From the NCBI GenBank assembly GCA_050273025.1, contig CP158635.1:32488001-32552000 (forward strand): a DNA stretch of 64,000 bases, written 5' to 3'. Of the stretch, positions 36,418 to 49,164 are shown in pieces (positions within the stretch are counted from its first letter, which is position 1; each line of letters opens with the position of its first letter). Origin of the DNA: Cenococcum geophilum (lineage: Eukaryota). The notes under the pieces were generated by a model, which was given only the letters and a program-made list of their open reading frames with translations, searched no databases and was not told the origin of the DNA. A program made the position numbers and the translations under genes.

Positions 36418-37090
36418 CTATAGGAAAGGTATAGGAGTATTAGAAGAGATTAGGTTAGGCAGTATTAATAAAAAAGGATTACTAAAAAATAAGTTACCTA
36501 AGGGGGACCTAAGAAGAGCAGTTGCTGAGCTACTTAGATCTGTTTCCTTCTTGGCTAAAAGAGAATCCGTTTTTTTATTACTAAGTTCCTATAGACCCTA
36601 TTCTATAAGCTTTTACTCCTTAAAACGGACCTTTTTATATACCTTTTTAAGACGGATTAACTAAGCGGACGATATAAGATAAGACTTAAGGGCCCGTTAC
36701 TAAGTATCGGCAGCCTTTTATTCTGCGTTACAGAAATAGTATAACTTTGCTAAAGTAACGGATAGTTTATTATCTAGCCGCGTAGTAGTAGATTAAATAT
36801 AAAACCCTAAGACAAATTAATTGGGGAACTAGATAACTATTAAGAGTAATAAATTACGTATATTTAGTATTAGAGATAGAGCGAATATTATAGGACGAAC
36901 GAATATTTGCTTTAGTATACTTTAAATAAGAGGACGGTTATTATAAAGATGGACTTACTAGCGTAATATAGACTAACCCCTTTTTTAAGCAACGAGAATA
37001 CGGAGACGGTATGATCTCACTAAGAGATAATATTGTAGTAATAGTGCGGGCACGACGAGCGGTCGAAGAAGAAGAAATTGCTTTAGGTAT
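36418..37090 (-). pseudogene. Antisense Zn2Cys6-like/coiled-coil gene of A1 (intron 36807-36861)
   Basis: 673 minus 55 = 618 nt = 206 codons. Reads PSP[Y]SRC LKKGLV[Y] x13 [Y]LK[Y] TKANIRSS[Y], with TAY at the inferred Cys positions and one intact TGC. Confidence 0.72.
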
Positions 37091-37609
37091 AATAAGTAAT
37101 AATATTAACTAAATTAATTAGATGGATATTATACCTCTAGTAAACAACTTAGAGATATTAGGAATCTTTAAGGACGAAGATAAAAAGGAGGGAGATAGTA
37201 TTACGAACGCTTTAAGTACGATATTATAACTACTTAGAAAGGAGTCAAAAGAAGCTAGTTAATTAATTTAGGTATGGTCTAGAATGGAGCTAATAGAACT
37301 ATATAACGAGGAATAGTAACTAAGGTTACGTAGTATAATCTATATAATCTATAATAGAGCAGATAAAGTGTACGTTTATTATATATAAGAAGGATTTTAT
37401 AAAAGTATGGTTGTGTATTTAAGGACCCTTAATCCCTACCTAGATAGTTCCTTCCTTATAGTAATTCTCAGAATATAATTAGAGTTAATCTATTAGGCAA
37501 CCACTTTACCAATTATTATTACGTTGTTAACTTTAATTTACATTACCTATATACCTAGCCTAATAATAAGCCCATTATAGTACCTGCTATAAGGTTTTAT
37601 TACATCTAT

Positions 37610-39088
37610 ATTAGGCCCTAGTTATAGTTAAGAGAGATATACTACTAGGGCTTTAGGTTTTCTAAAAGCCGAGCTAACTTTTCTTTATTAGCCTACTTCT
37701 AGTATTCCTTATAGCAGCTACCTATAGTCCTTTAACTTGCCTATATAGTACTAGCGTCTAAAAGGTCCCCTAAGCTATCTAGCTTTTAGGTAATCTCCCT
37801 AGGAGTTTACTTAGAAAAACGTCGCCCTTTTTAGGTTCTATTCCCTAAGCCTAAGTCTATAAAGCCTATACTATAACCGCGCTTTATACATAATAATTTA
37901 CTACTGCTACTTACGCAATTTTCTGTAAGCTTTATAGTATTAAGTAATTGCTTTATACAGCGGATTTTGTTAAAGAGGTCTTTAGCGGTTCTTACCCATT
38001 AGGCGAAGTTCTAGTAGAAGAGCTCTACTTATAGGTAGGCTGGGAGATATAAAAACTAAAAGTTTACCTATTATTTAGGATTAATAAAAGGGGTATAAGG
38101 GAAGAGGTCCTCTAAGCTACGTATATAGGCTAGAAAGATATTAAACCTCTAGTTCTCCTTTATAATAGCTATATAGTATATTATAGCGTTATTAAAGCGT
38201 CTTACTATAGGGTTCCTAATCTAGTCTTAGACTATAGTCTTAAACTTATCCTATAGTAAAGGGCTCTTATTCTTAGTGCCTAACTAGTAGTAAACTAGTT
38301 AGGCAATTATCTTTTCTTTTATAAGACCTTTGATGGCCTAGCGCGTGCGTCGCTTATAGTTATAGTTAGCGTTATTAACCTCAAATTAGTTCTTAACTGT
38401 AGTAATCTACCGGTTAAAATACTGTTAAGTAGTACCGCTAATATTGGGTAGTAACTTCTTAACTAGGGCGTTAAGATTTAATCGGCGTATATATTCGCTA
38501 TATAACTTATACTTTTTACTAAAGAGGTAATAAGAGGGCTTTATTAAATTAATAATGCTCTATAAGTTAGCTATTTTCTTAGCTAGCTTATCTAGCTCCT
38601 TTATATTAGCGGTATTAGGTAGGACACTAGTAACTTTACTAAGCTCCTATTAAGCCTAGGTATATAAGTTAAACTAGTCTCTAGCGTTTATAGATATTTA
38701 ATCGTTTTAAGATTTAGAAAATGGCTTAGATGCTACTAGTATACTTTTAGCGGTTTCGTCTACACTAGATCCTAAGGCGTTTTATAGTTATATCGCTAGC
38801 GTATTACTATTAGGTATAGGCGTCAGTTTTCTTTTTAGAGGCATTATAGAAAAATTAAACCGGCTATCCTCCTAAGGGGATTAGTAAGGATTTAAATATA
38901 AGGTAAGAATGTAGATAGGGAGTCCAATAATAGAACAATAGGTATATTGTATAGACAGAGACGAATCCTTAAGGGAAAAGGAGGAGTCTGTATACGAGGT
39001 AGGAAGGGTTTTTCCTAGGCATGTATAGAGCACGTACCTCACGGGCGAGTTACCCCTAAGTTGCCCCTAGGGTCGCCCGTACCTTATA
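37610..39088 (-). mobile_element. Gypsy B 5' part: gag (start ~38843, MPLKRKLTP) and probable 5' LTR ~38883-39088
   Basis: Continues B across the TCTAT TSD of A1. LTR-like ends GTAAGG...CCTTATA. The partner LTR is not in the window. Confidence 0.65.
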
Positions 39089-39988
39089 GCTATATAACTA
39101 TTTACTTAGGTTTTACCTAATAAATATAAGGCTTTAAAATCTAATTAATATATAACCGTTATAATATTTTATCATTTAAATTGCTAAGCACCTTATAAAG
39201 CACAAGCTTATTAATTTTATAGTTAAAGCCTATATCGCCTTAGGCGTAAAACTTCTTCTTATCCTTTTCTTAAGGCTCTCCCCTATCTTAGATATAGTTA
39301 TAGCAGTACCTCTTACTAGGTCTCCTTATAATCTAAAGCTTTTATTAAAGGCCTAGCCTAAAGTATACTTTATTTAAAAATTATATATTAAACTAGTCCT
39401 CCTCCTTTAGCTATATAGCTCTCTATTTTTAACACTAAATATATCTTTTATAATAAATATTATTAGATACCTAAGCCTTATTATAAGTAATATATTTATA
39501 ATAATCTAAAGCTCCTATTACTCTTTATATAGTATATAAACGGATATCTATTTAAACGCCAGCTTAGTAAGTAAAATTCTCCTAAGTTATAGCACGTTAT
39601 TTAATATCTACGTACTCTAAATAGCTTTCTATTTGTTATAGCTGGTTGTAAGAAAGCTCTAGGGGGCGGCTATAAGGATTGTAAGCTTTGGGTTCGTTTT
39701 AAAGTTGTTAATCTATTTAGCTACTCTTACCTGCGAGAACGCGATAGCCAGATCGTTTGTTAACGCAGTAGTATTTAAATACTTAATTATTAAGGCCATG
39801 CGGGCCAATATAACGATTAAACTTAATAGCTCCAGTCATACAAGCCTTTTACAGCGTAGTGTACTGCTTGTAATACTCGTGCGGCTTATAGTAATTTAAT
39901 TTGGTTATCATTTTGAGTAGTATATGGGCGAGACATAGTAGCATCTCGCGTATTTTCGCAGTGCCAACTTTTTTGTCCACAGCGTGCC
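39089..39988 (-). mobile_element. Tc1/mariner-type transposon 5' half (RIPed transposase), interrupted by Gypsy B
   Basis: Back-translation gives FSDEVHFG.G.Q..L.IIRRPG.RYC.DCIQ....EKDKKKFH.W...GFN.K..L..Y.V.SN.NGKM.Q..YI.QIL.P. Terminus-like CTGTGGACAAAAAAGTTGG near 39965-39983. Confidence 0.75.
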
Positions 39989-39998
39989 TAGTAAAAAC

Positions 39999-41443
39999 TA
40001 GCGTGGTTTTCAATAAGCGAAATTCTAGCCAATAAAATATTTGCATTTGTCAATATTTGCAGTATTAATATTAAATATTGGCAATAGTTTGGGTAAAATT
40101 ATTAAAGTAAAATAAACTTATTTTAAAAATAAAGATTATATAAATTATTGGCATAGATTGCCAGTTTTATAATATAATTAGGCTTGGGCCCTTTGCGAGG
40201 ACCTTCGCGGACAAGCTTAGGAGTAAGCTGTGTACGGAGCTGTGCACAAAGCTCTGCACGAAGCTCTACTCGAAGCTCTACTCGGAGCTCTACTTCAAGC
40301 TCTACTCGAAGCCCTATATAGAGCTCTAAAGCTCTACTAATACGCAGCACTAATATACTAGGAAGGTTCTATAATCGGCCGTACGAACGCCTATATAATT
40401 AATTAATCGATTAATTAATCAAACGTCTATATAATTGTCCATACAATCGTCTATACAAACGTCTCTACAAACGTCTCTATAAATGTCTATGCGAACGCCT
40501 GCATGAACACCTATATAAAGCTCTGCTTAAAGCTCTAGGCCTTTAAAAACAAGCCTAAATAAAGGTCTATATAGAGAAGCTCTATTAAAGCTCTACTTAA
40601 AGCTCTAACCAAGCTCTGCCCGAGGCTCTGCTCAAAGCTCTGTTCGAAGCTCTACTCAAAGCTCTATCAAAACTCTGCTCGAAGCTCTATCGAAGCTCTG
40701 CTCAAAGCTCTGCACGAGGCTCTACTCAAAGCCCTATCAAAGCTCCACTTAAAGCTCTGCTCGGAGCTCTATCAGGGCTCTACACGGAGCTCTACTCAAG
40801 CTCTGCTCAAAAGCTCTACGCGAAGCTCTGCTCGAAACTCCGCACGACACTCCACTCTAAGCTCTACTAACACGCAGCACTGATATACTAGGAAGACTCT
40901 ATAATCGTCTATACGAACGGCTCTACAATCAATCGATTTATCAATTAATTGCCTACACAAACGCCTATACGAACGTCCATATAAACGCCCGTACGAACGT
41001 CTGCACGTCTAGACATCTATACGTCTATACGCCTGCACGCCGCACGTGGTTCCGTATAAGGCTCTGCGCGAACCTCTGTACGAAGCTCTACTAAAGCTCT
41101 ACACGAGGCTCTGCCTAAAGCTTACCCCCCGCTGCGAAGCAGCCCCCGCAGCGCAGCACGACGGAGGGATAGGATTTGCGAAGTAAATCCCTACCAACTA
41201 GTATCTATAGGTTAAAAGTCTTTTTTTACTAGCAGTTAAACAACTCCTCTATATTAAAAAGTAATAAATCTGCTTTAGAAGCCATAATATTTAATAATTT
41301 ATCCGTACGATGCTGAAGTTAAAAATTTAAATGGGTGCTAAGAAGATCTGCAAATATTACAAATATCGCCAATACTCGCCAATATTAATTAGTAACAATA
41401 TTGATCAATCTGATTGGCAATATTGATATTAAAAACCACGCTG
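39999..41443. mobile_element. hAT-type non-autonomous element
   Basis: TIR (C/T)AGCGTGGTTTT ... AAAACCACGCTG, 8-bp TSD GTAAAAAC (39991-39998, 41444-41451), subterminal CAATATTG-like repeats at both ends. Confidence 0.85.
40170..41201 (+). mobile_element. Probable non-autonomous Helitron-like insert with 12-bp minisatellite (AAGCTCTGCTCG-like); 5' end uncertain
   Basis: Hairpin GGATTTGC-GAA-GTAAATCC (41172-41190) followed 7 nt later by CTAG|T (41198-41202). Interior is 12-mer arrays. Confidence 0.55.
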
Positions 41444-41678
41444 GTAAAAACTCTGTAGTGACAATAGCGGACATATAATAGTCTCTAAGCGTTACGAAGA
41501 CATAGAGCGGCATTTACACAAGCACTGACTAGATCGCCTATGTATTATCATTATATGCCTATTGGCACTAGACTGTAAGGCCTAGGTTGTACTTGTAGTG
41601 CTATTTACAGAGGAAATATTACCACTCATTAATATCTTAAACCCTCTTAAAAACCTCCTCATATGCATTACCGAGCTT

Positions 41679-43911
41679 CTAAACAGCTAGGATGTACAGA
41701 TTGACAGCGCTGCAGGCGGTGGGGAAACTGTAACCCTGTTTGTAGCCGAAGAAATGCAGCCCAGTTCCTGCGTTGCCATTTCCACTTGCCGCGGTGCTGA
41801 GACAGAAGTTATAGTAGTTTCCGGCAGCCACATCCTTCATCGTTACCTGCGCACGTCCGTTCGAGTCGACCCGACCAACGCTGAAAATGGGCATAGCGGT
41901 AGCCTTGGTTCGTGTCCAGTACAGCAAAGTGGATGTGGTGGTACCGGTGATGTAGTAGTATGAGTCATTGGTAACGCTATAGAGGTAACCGTCGGCGGTC
42001 ACGATGAAAGTCTCGCGCTTAGACTTCTGGTAGTAGTTGTCGGTCATGTGAGTCGCGTCGTCTGACAGACAATAGTTGGCACCAGCATTGATTTCTGGAG
42101 AGAATGTCATATAACCGATGGCGCCTGTAGGGGCGCTGCTGGCGACTTGAATTGTGGTTGTAGAGACGACGGTCGTCGTTTCCGAGACTGTGCTGGTGGC
42201 AAGGACGGTGGTGGTATGAACCTCACCGGAGGTGTATGTTGCAGCGGTAGTGGTATAGACACTTGAAACAGTGGTTACGGGTGTAGCTTGAAGGCTGCAA
42301 GCGGAGCTGATGACAGAGGCTGAATAGGTTTGACTTATTAGTGGGTTAAATACATCCAACTAGGTTTACTTACCTGGAAAGCCGGAAAGTCCTGCAGGAG
42401 CAGCGCCACGTCGGACCGCAGCAGGAGTGGTCTCGTTGGTCATGATGATGACATCGACGAACTTCCCGGAGTCATCCGTCTCAAGGGGTGTAAGCTCTTC
42501 CCGGCGATCAATGCTACGATTGAAAGAGTGGTCGTGGGTGCATGACGTTGTAGGCTCGCTGAGATCACGCTTCTTGATTTGGGTTACTGCTACAAGCGAA
42601 GTCGTCGTAATGGTAGTTGTAGTAAGTGGAATGCTTGTATCCACAACTGTGGTTGAAGGAACAGCAGTGGACTTTGTCGACACGATAGTTGTTACGGGGG
42701 TGGTATATCCAAGCAGCGAAGAACAGTATGGTTGCAGAGTCTGAGCCTTGATAACAGAGGTTGCGGATGCGACGGGGCATGGAATTGCTGGCTTCCCAGG
42801 GTCGGTGGAGTTGACGAAAGAGTAGCTATAAGCAATTGTATACTTATCGGTACCCCTATACTGACCAGTGTTGGTTGCCCAGGTAGAGTTCCATGCTTCG
42901 GTATACATAGCGCAGTATTGGCCAACACTGACGCCATTCTTCAGGAGGAGATAGGTGTTGAAAAATTGGCAAGTGGAAGGGCTTCCAGCCGCGGGAGGAT
43001 GGCGGAGGTTATACTGGCTTTGAGCGGTGCATGCGGCACTGCAGAGACCTGCATCAAATGGACCAGAAGTGAAAACCTTCGAACCCATGAATGTATCGCC
43101 TCCCGCACAATCTAGTGGAGCATTGATAGCTGCATTGCCAAGATACGTAGGTCCAGTATAACCGTCCTGAGGGGCGATGCTCTTGTTGACGTATCCATTT
43201 GACCCAGCAATGACTACTTGGAACTGATTCCTCCACTGTCCGCTGTTCTTCGCATTGTCCTTGCTGACAGGGCCGCCCCAGAAAACACATTTGATCACAG
43301 TGGTACTTGGAGGGTTGGTGCATCCCGCAGCGGGTTCCTAATATGGATCCGTAAATATGAGCGCTCTTGAAAGGAAGAAATAAACTTACCAGAGTAGGAT
43401 CTCTTTCGAAGTAGAGATTGAACGCTGAGCATCCAGTGATAGCATCGCATTTCGCAGCACATGCAGGACTATCATATGAACCGAGAGTGCTGAACCCCAA
43501 GTAACCATAGGCATTGTTTGAAGCTTGCAAGTTGGTAAAGGTATTCGTATAGCCAGACGGAGTCGGGGCAGCAGAAGCTGCAGCAGCAAAATCCGGAAAG
43601 CTTAGAAAGTTACTTGCAGTATCTGGACTAGGGACCGTTCCGGCTCCAGTTGGCTGTGGAGCACAGGCAGTACGCTTCTCAATCCCTCGCTTTACTGGCT
43701 GGGACAATTGAGGTAGTGGAGCGGCGGATATTTCGGCGGCGGCCGACGAAGCAGCAAGATCAGGATCATATGAGACGGTCTGAGCTGCAGCCCCTATAGG
43801 AACTGAGGCAGAGGGAGGAGCCGGAGCCCCATCAACAGCACTCCACTGGATTTCTTGCGGAAGAGCTCTTCCAATGCCTGCAAGGGCGCCGAGGATAAGG
43901 AATGACTTCAT
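41679..43911 (-). CDS. Secreted/cell-surface Ser/Thr-rich protein with Cys-rich (PAN/apple-like) modules, ~708 aa, 3 exons (43911-43390, 43337-42374, 42319-41679)
   Basis: Signal-peptide-like MKSFLILGALAGIGRA, CAAKCDAITGCSAFNLYFERDP motif, GT-AG introns that restore frame (2127 nt), dibasic KR/RR sites. Confidence 0.85.
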
Positions 43912-46039
43912 TTTGGAGGGGACAATCACTGAAAGGGAAATCTAGAAGAGAGTGGAAGAGCCTGACAAGGCAGAAAAGTTTCACGAAACTGTGCTCAAGA
44001 GGATGGTCTGAAAGAGAATGGTTTGATGATCCTGTATTGGGAGGGTAAACATGGAATTTATACAAAGCTACGAGACTGCTCTTGAAATCATAGCGGCGCC
44101 AGCCTGCCTGGGTACTTCCCCCCGGAGCTCACGGTCTCAAAGCTCCTCAGCCCCTTCAGGCCGCATTGAGGCTAATCGAGAGAAGCGAAACGGCCTGGAT
44201 GCATCTTGAGACTAGAACTAACTAGAAAATGTATGTTTCTGGATTGGGATAGAAACGCGGAACGATGCCCAAAAATGGTAATCAGATGAATTGGTGCGTA
44301 AGTCTCGCCAAACCTTGAATTTGGGCTCTGACGAGGAATTCGATAGTTACGGTACAGCCTTCCGAGAAGGAGCTGAAGTGAATGGAGAAAAATCTTGCTA
44401 AGGGGGCTCTAGGTCTTGCAAAGACTTTAGATGGTGGTCCGTGACATTTTAGAGAGAATCAGGGGAGCGCGTCGATCCACAGCGCCTTGGCAAGTGGCAT
44501 ACACGTGGAACTTGTGGCTGGAAGTGCGACTCTTAGCGGTGAGGGTGGGAATACTTCTAGATCACATTGAGTCAGACCCAGCTCACACCAGCTCAGCCCG
44601 CTTGCATGCCTTGGCAAATACAAGCATCAAGTGACATCCGTCAAGAGACGTCGGTAAAACTTGTCAATAGATGGGTACCCCCAAGCCAGCCACGTGGAAT
44701 TCTTACAGCTGAGGTATTTCATCGACTCTCAGAGCTCCAGCCATAAATGAACTCTAGTCTTGAACTGTGGTGAGCCGAGCCGCTCATTGTAGAAAGTGGA
44801 CGTAGACACCATTGTATTTGGCAAGCTTGCGCGACTGGGGTTTGAAGGTTTTCATATTTAGACAGTAGGATATCTCATCAGTAGCAACAGTAGAGTACCG
44901 AAAGTCGTTGCTTGAGGGGTAAGGAGCTGGTTAGAAGCCTGTGGTAGAGTCACTGGTGTAGGCTGGAACAGTAGGTTGACTGGGGCCACCATCGTAGTCC
45001 TTGCAACTTCCAGCGAAGGCTGGACGGGACTGTAGTGAGAGGGGGGAGACATGGAAAAGCATCACCCGGCATGCTAGTGAAAATCCCCGGCCCGAGGCGA
45101 CGCAAGGGTTCACTAATTACCTACTTGGGGACTGCCAAGATGTTAGCCAAGCACTACGGCAAGCCCGACATCGCCGCTATTGACAATAAATTTATCGACG
45201 CCTCCAAGCGACATCTTTCTTTCTCTTTCTCCCTATCTCTCTCTTTATCGCAATGGCATCGCGTACTAAATCTCCATCATACTTGGGCACCATCCGAATC
45301 CGGTATTTCTTTCCAGGCGCAAGAACTTCTTCATACAGGAAGGCTAGTGTTGATACTCACTGCCCTGTAGGCAATTCAAGAAATGCGCTTTATAAGTTTA
45401 GAAACAAGTGCTCCAGCTTATCAAAATTCAGAGTAGTATAGAATATATTGTTTTGTGTGGCGATCGGGAAAACATGCTGTGATAACTTCAAGAGGTACCG
45501 TGCAGGTTTACGGTGATAAAACTTCATCCTCTCTTATGACTTTAGTGTGGGATTCATATTGCCTCTCGTGTCCTCGACTTACAGAGGATTCCCCGTAATA
45601 ACGATCCCCAATAAGAATCGATACTTTAGTAATGCACCTAGACCATGACATTCCCAGGTTGTTGTCGAGCTCTATCACATTCCGAATTCTGGCAGTTGCA
45701 CCGATCTGTCAAACATAGCATATTTAAAATTTACACTGACTTAAACAAGCTCGTTCAAAGTCAGCTTGCTGAACAAATGCTATGCTCTTGGATCCGTTGT
45801 GAGGACGAGAAGATAGGGGGAGGTGACATTATTTATCCATATCCACATACTACGCGATAAACGCGCAACAAAACCTCTCGACAGTCTATCGTACCCAAGT
45901 ATATCAAACGCTCACGCTGCTAGAGAAACACCCTACACATCGATGCTGTGACTGTGCTTCGTATTGGAGCTTGTCAGCTCCTGGTCTCCAGGTCCTGCCG
46001 ATCTCGCATACTTCGATCACATCAATGGAGAGCGTTTGG

Positions 46040-47869
46040 TTATGCCATCTCCTTGAAAGGTGACGTGTCTGCTTTCACAGCTTTGTCCCTCTCCTTTTCC
46101 TTCTCCTTCTTGCCTGGCTTCTTTTCGTGCTTGTGCTCTTTCTTTGCAGCTGCTTCAGCCATAAGCTGCTCGAAGGCCATGTAGTCACCTTCTTCATCAG
46201 GATCTCTTGCAGCCTGTGATACACGCGGTTAGCCAAAATCCCCAAAAAGTAATAACTCACACCATTCACACAAGGCTGGTCGTGGGCTGAGAATACGCAA
46301 ACTCACCTTCTGAAACATTTCTCCAATAATCACAAGTGCCTCCGCTCGCTCAATCCTCTTCTCAAGCCTGACCCTCTTCTCATTGAGTACCCGATCGCAA
46401 ACTTCACGCAGCACACTCTGAATCTCAAACTTGCTACCCCTCCATGCCGCCGCAAGGATTTTACCTGTGACGCGCTTCTCATACTCAGCCTTCCTTTCGT
46501 CCGTCCACTCTTCTCCACCTCTCTCCTCCATTTTAGCCATCTCCTCCATCGTCATTTGCGCATCTATAGCCGTAGAAATAGTACTCCACGTCTCCTTTGC
46601 AAGAGTGCCCTTATCCTTCAGACGTGAGAAAAAGCCCGAAATGCCGAGGAACTTCTGTGACTTGAGGAAGGACGTCGCTTTCTGGAGGTACGTTGCCCCA
46701 ATGGCATGCAAGATTTCAAGGCCAAAGGATTCCATCTTTAAGTTCTCAATCTCAAGCTGATTCTTGTCTTTGAAGGCGGTCGTGACGTCTGCGCCCTTAT
46801 CCGTCTCGGTCCAGATAGAGATGCGGTCGATAAGCTTCTTCGAGAGCGTCGAGACGCGCTCTTCCCGTATCTTCTTCCGCTCCAGCTCGTATGCTGCAAG
46901 TTCTTCGCGCTGCTCTCTTGTCAAACCGCCCTTCTTCTTCTCCTTTGCGCGCAACTCTTTCTCCGCGTCGGTTATACCAGCTGCTTCTAGCCGTGCATCT
47001 TCTTCAGATCTATCCATTATAGCCGGGCGAGTGGGAATACCTCGGCCGCTGCGGGGAGTACTAGTACCTGAAGCAGAAGGATGGCTGGGGGGGGCGTAAG
47101 CTGTTTCTGAGGGTGTATCGGCGGATACAGAAGCGGGTGGGGGAGCTGCGAAGCGTGGGCCGGTTGCTGGAGGAGGTGGTGATCCCGTTGGCGAAGCGGA
47201 CGCTTCTCCAGGCTTCTCAGAGGAAGAGTGCTCCACAGTAGCCTTTGCTGCATCTTCTTCTTCCATCTCTCGCATCGTAATGTCCATTGTTTTGGATAAG
47301 TCTTTCATTAGTGATATCTCGCCGATCCTGCGGTGTCATATTGTCAGCAATTTACGTGCCACGATATTGGTAGGTTGAGGAAGGTGTATATACCAGTCTA
47401 CAAACGCATCGCCTCCAAATATCATGCCAAAGAACTCGGCGGGGTCCTCTGGTGCCAGGCATCAGTATACGGTATAACGATGAGGTGAAAATACGCACCG
47501 AACCCACTGCTAGGCACGGCACTTTCTTTGCCATACTTGTCATACTGTTTCCGCAGCTGCTCATCACTAAGGACTTGATATGCTTCTCCTATCTAATTGC
47601 GCCATGAGCAAAGTTTCGTCTGTTATAGGAAAAAGTGAAAGGTGCAACAGGGCCGGGCATACAGCTTGGAATTTCTGGTGGGCAGTCGCATCATCGGGAT
47701 TCTTATCTACAGCATTGCTTTAGCGCCCATATCCAAAAAGACGCGGTGTTGGTCTAAATTTACCGGGGTGAAGCTTTATCGCGAGTTTGCGGTAGGCTTT
47801 CTTGATTTCGAGTTCGGTAGCTGTTGGAGGCACCTGCAGTGCGTCGTAGTAAGCGGTATCTACTACCAT
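46040..47869 (-). CDS. DnaJ (Hsp40) protein with J domain and DnaJ-X domain, Caj1/Djp1-like, ~497 aa, 6 exons
   Basis: [11 protein letters not shown]...[19 protein letters not shown] (HPD split by an intron) and [15 protein letters not shown]. Exons 47869-47764, 47706-47663, 47592-47499, 47448-47394, 47327-46307, 46213-46040 sum to 1494 nt. Confidence 0.93.
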
Positions 47870-49164
47870 GACTGCAGGAATATGTAGAATGGATATTCTA
47901 GTGGTATTGGGAGAGAGTGTGGTTTCACGGGAAGGAGAAGGCTGGTGGCATGGTGGTTTGTACGCGGCTGCAGGGCTGAGTCGATTTTCCTTCGCCAAAG
48001 ACCGTGCACATGTCCGGCCACCTCGGTGACGTCTGTGTCCAGGCTTCATCTGACATTAGACAGAACATGCCTAGTCTCGCATGTCTTTAAAGTATTGTAA
48101 CCTAGCTTAATTTCATGAATGAATTAGCATACGTAGGCCCCGAATACTTTAGGCGCAGGATGGTACTTAAGAAATTTTTACCGCGAACTTGGTTTATATT
48201 CCTAAAAGATAGTCTTTCACCTCGCCTACTGTTATATTCTCTCACTTATGGTTCCTTATTTGAGAAATCCGCAATAAAGAGGCCTAGAAATATTTCGGGC
48301 ATTGCCAAATCACGGACTGTGATTAATTAGAATGAAACGAATAAGATGCCAGAGATTATATTAGCTCGTACCATAAGTGCCAATTAAACTGCGAGATACC
48401 GATAGAATCCGGTTAGAAACTGTGAAGGATATAAAAGTGGCATCGATTTCGGTTATTGGAAGCTGTTAGGGCTTCCGCATATATTAAACCGTGGCTCTGA
48501 AATGCCCCTTTCTCGAGTCATTTCCTAGCATTTAAATACTTGACCCTTGATCAGTTCAGCAGCATTACTACCACAATTTCGAACAGCCCTGAAATTATAG
48601 TATGAGTATAGCCAATCATGCTATCCCGATTCCATATTGACAAAAATCTATCAACTAAAGAATCAACCACGACCACATCCGGACATCTCCTACCCGTTCG
48701 TCAAACCATCCCATAATTCGCACCCTGCTAGTAAAGTGCAACTCAGTCCAGAGCATATCCTAACTGTCCCATGTAAACGCCATGCTAATCCTCGTTGTGT
48801 AAACCCATTTTGATATCCCCGCCCCAGTCACAGAAGCAATCAAGAGAGGGCCACATGTTCAACCTCTCGAAAGTGATGCCCGTAAATGGAAGAGAAAGAA
48901 ATGTAACGCCGTGAAATATCCGTCCAAAGGTTTGAATCCAGCCACCTAAACAGACGGGGAACAGAAAAAGGTGAAGCAAAGAAAATGACTAACAGTGAAA
49001 GTAGCCGACACGCTCGAATTGACGGACCAGAGTGAGATAATTCGGCGCCGAGAAACGTAATGCCGGCATTGCAAGTGAACCAAGGACGCTGGATCAAATG
49101 CCGAGGACTTTCCCCATGCCTAAACCGCTCACACACGGTTAGTTAAGCCCCGCACAAAGACCCT

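Larger units (their letters stand above)
2921..37604 (+). mobile_element. Chromovirus A1, full length but split by nested insertions (5' LTR 2921-2940 + 9215-9618; gag-pol 9665-14413 and 35003-36490; 3' LTR 37198-37604)
   Basis: 5-bp TSD TCTAT at 2916-2920 and 37605-37609. Both LTRs share the variant with TATAATCTA repeats. Remnants of zinc knuckle (~10660), protease (~12595), RT (~13555), integrase and chromodomain. Confidence 0.92.

Noticed and set aside
39089..39998. Second hAT element sharing the GTAAAAAC target site
   Set aside because: The back-translated sequence is a Tc1-like transposase, so the adjacency is not evidence of shared hAT targeting.
40123..40350. ELRVELRAEL coiled-coil ORF
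   Set aside because: A by-product of the 12-bp minisatellite; no supported start or gene structure.
44845..44890. Minus-strand CTGATGA...GAAA hammerhead-like core
   Set aside because: No proper G-C closing pair for stem II and no stem I/III partners with a UH site.
44858..45441. Cluster of short overlapping ORFs between the secreted-protein gene and DnaJ
   Set aside because: No recognisable domain or consistent splice structure; could be a decayed gene but cannot be supported.
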